Below are positions 61,585-64,000 of a DNA stretch of 64,000 nucleotides, one piece after another. The stretch covers positions 37,574,001-37,638,000 of the forward strand of contig NC_087447.1 in NCBI RefSeq assembly GCF_036321535.1, given 5' to 3'. Origin of the DNA: Camelus dromedarius (taxonomy: Eukaryota). The notes below the pieces were generated by a model. That model was given only the letters and a program-made list of their open reading frames with translations, searched no databases and had not been told where the DNA came from. A program made the position numbers and the translations under genes. How positions within the stretch are numbered: the stretch's first letter is position 1; every line of letters begins with the position of its first letter.

Positions 61585-64000
61585 CATTTTTGGCATATAG
61601 TTGATTTACAATGTTGTGTTAATTTCTGGTGTACAGCACAATAATTCAGTTATGTGTATATATATGTAATACTATTTTTCATTATAGGCTATTACAAGCT
61701 AATGAGTATAGTTCCCTGTGCCATACAGTAGGACCTTGGTTGTTAAGCTATTCTGTATATAGTAGTTTGTATCTGCAAATCCCAAAAGCCCAATTTATTC
61801 CTCCCCTCTCCTCTTCCCCTTTGGTAACCATAAGTTTTATTCCTATGTCTGTGAGTCTCTTTCTGTCTTGTAAATAAGCTCCACTCATTTCTGTCTTTTT
61901 CTTAGATTCCACTGTAAGTGAAATTATATAATATTTGTCTTTCTCTGTCTGACTGACTTCACTTAGTATGATGATCTCTAGGTCCACTCATGTTGCTGCA
62001 AATGGCATTACTTTATTCTTTTTATGACTGAGTAGTATTCCACTGTGTGAGTATGAGTGTGTGTGTGTGTGTGTGTGTGTACCACAGCTTCTTTATCCAG
62101 TCATCTGTTAATGGAAATTTAGGTTGTTTCCATGTCTTGGCTATTGTGAATAGTGTTGCTATGAACATTGGGGTGCATGTATCTTTTCTAATTAGAGTTT
62201 CCTCTGGATATATGCCCAGGAGTGGGATTGCTGGATCATATGGTAAGTCTATTTTTAGTTTCTTGAAGAATCTCCATACTGTTTTCCATAATGGCTGCCC
62301 AAAACTGCATTCCCACCAACAGTGTCAGAGGGTTCCCTTTTCTCCACACCCTCTCCAGCATTTATTGTTTGTGGACTTTTTATTAATGGCCATTCTGACT
62401 GATGTGAGATGATAACCTCATTATAGTTTTGACTTGCATTTCTCTGCTAATTAGCAATACTGAACATTTTTTCATGAGCCTATTGGCCATTTGCATGTCT
62501 TCATTGGAGAATTGCTTCTGCCCATTTTTGAATTGGGGTTTTTTTTTTGTTGTTATTAATTTGTATGAGCCGTTTATATATTCTGGAAATTAAGCCTTTG
62601 TCAATCTCATCATTTGCAAATATATTCTCCCATTCCATAGGTTGTTGTATTGTTTTGCTTATGGTTTCCTTTGATGTGCAAAAGCTTATAAGTTTGATTA
62701 GGTCCCATTTGTTTATTTTGGCTTTTATTTCTATGGCCTAGGAAGACTGCCCTAGGAGAACATTGCTAAGATTTATGTCAGAAAATGTTCTGCCTATGTT
62801 TTCTTCTAGGAGGCTTAGAGTGTCTTGTCTTAGATTTAAGTCTTTAAGCCATTTTGAGTTTATTATTGTATATGGTGTGAAGGGGTGTTCTAACTTCATT
62901 GATGTACATGCTGCTGTCCAGTTTACCCAACACCACTTGCTGAAGAGACTGTCTTTTCTCCATTGTATATTCTTGACTCCTTTGTCAAAGATTAATTGAC
63001 TATAAGTCTACAGGTTCATTTCTGGGCTCTCTATTCTGTTCCATTGATCCATATGTCTGTTTTTGTGCCAATACCACACTGTTTTGTTTACTGTAGCTCT
63101 GTAGTATTGTCTGAAGTCTGGGAGGTTTATGCCTCCAGCTTTGTTCTTTTTCTTTGGTATTGCTTTGGCAATTCTGGATCTTTTGCGATTCCGTATAAAT
63201 TTTTGGATTATTTGTTCTAGTTCTATTAAAATGTTCTGGGTAATTTGATAGGGATTGCCTTAAATCTGTAGATTGCTTTGGGTAGTATGGCCATTTTAAC
63301 AATATTAGTTCTTCCAATCCAAGAGCATGGGCTAGCTTTCCATTTCTTTAAGTCATCTTGAATTTTCTTAATCAATGTTTTACAGTTCTCCACATATAAG
63401 TCTTTTACCTCCTTGGTCAGATTTATTCCTAAGTATTTTATTTTTGGGATGTGATTTTAAAAGGGGTTGCTTCTTTATTATTCTGATATTTCATTGTTAG
63501 TATAAAGAAATGCTACTGATTTCTGTATGTTAATCTTGTATCCTGCTACCTTGCCAGATTCTTTTATCAGCTCTAGTAGTTTTTATGTGGGGCTTTCAGG
63601 GTTTTCTATATATAGTATCATGTCATCCACATATAGTGACAGTTTTACCTCTTCTCTTCTAATTTGGGTCCCTTTTATTTCTTTCTCTTGCCTGATTGCT
63701 GTAGCTAGGATTTCCAATTCTGTGTTGAGTAGAAGTGATGAAAGTAGGTATCCTTGTCTTTTTCCAGATTTTAGCAGGAAGCCTTTCAACTTTTCACCAT
63801 TCAGTATTATACTAGCTGTGGGTTTCTCATAAATAGCTTTTATTATGTTGTGATATGTTCTCTCTATACCCACTTTGGTAAGATTTTTTTTTTATCGTAA
63901 ATGGGTGTTGAATTTTATCAAATGCTTTTGTCCTGGGTAATTTGATAGAGATTGGTTAAATCTGTAGATTGCTCTGAGTAGTATGACTGTTGTAACAATA
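61585..64000 (-). mobile_element. Younger L1: 3' UTR and disrupted ORF2 (RT domain to C-terminus), running off the window
   Basis: ORF fragments [28 protein letters not shown]...[16 protein letters not shown] (63583-63873) and MDLEIIILSEVSQTEKDKY (61748-61987); (GT)n at ~62057-62080. Confidence 0.95.

Noticed and set aside
63000..63873. Reverse transcriptase ORFs as a functional gene
   Set aside because: Frameshifted L1 ORF2 fragments with an altered YVDD motif.
1..64000. CRISPR array, rRNA, operon-like or horizontally acquired prokaryotic system
   Set aside because: No regularly spaced identical repeats, no gene-dense segment and no rRNA-like sequence; the whole window is consistent with mammalian non-coding DNA.

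Overview
Mammalian genomic DNA, very probably camelid: it carries four tRNA-derived SINEs of the camelid Vic-1 type and no Alu, Bov-A/BovB or PRE-1 was seen. I found no intact protein-coding gene, and the ORF track is almost all chance ORFs or L1/Tigger remnants. The window is intronic or intergenic and dense in old repeats (MIR, L2, MLT1, MER-type DNA transposons, L1M), with younger ERV1 solo LTRs, SINEs and an L1 at the right end. Between the repeats are unique blocks that look like conserved enhancers. The strongest are about 30650-31550 (CpG-retaining, palindrome-rich, homeodomain/TCF/TALE motifs) and about 15750-16700 (POU and SOX motifs). The most unexpected item is a ~3 kb repeat-free block at about 54.6-57.6 kb. 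On the minus strand it has mostly collinear peptide similarities to the LRRC37 family and an internal ~200-bp periodicity, consistent with an old, degraded retrocopy. Repeat family names and protein similarities come from recalled sequences, not database searches, so subfamily calls and boundaries are approximate.
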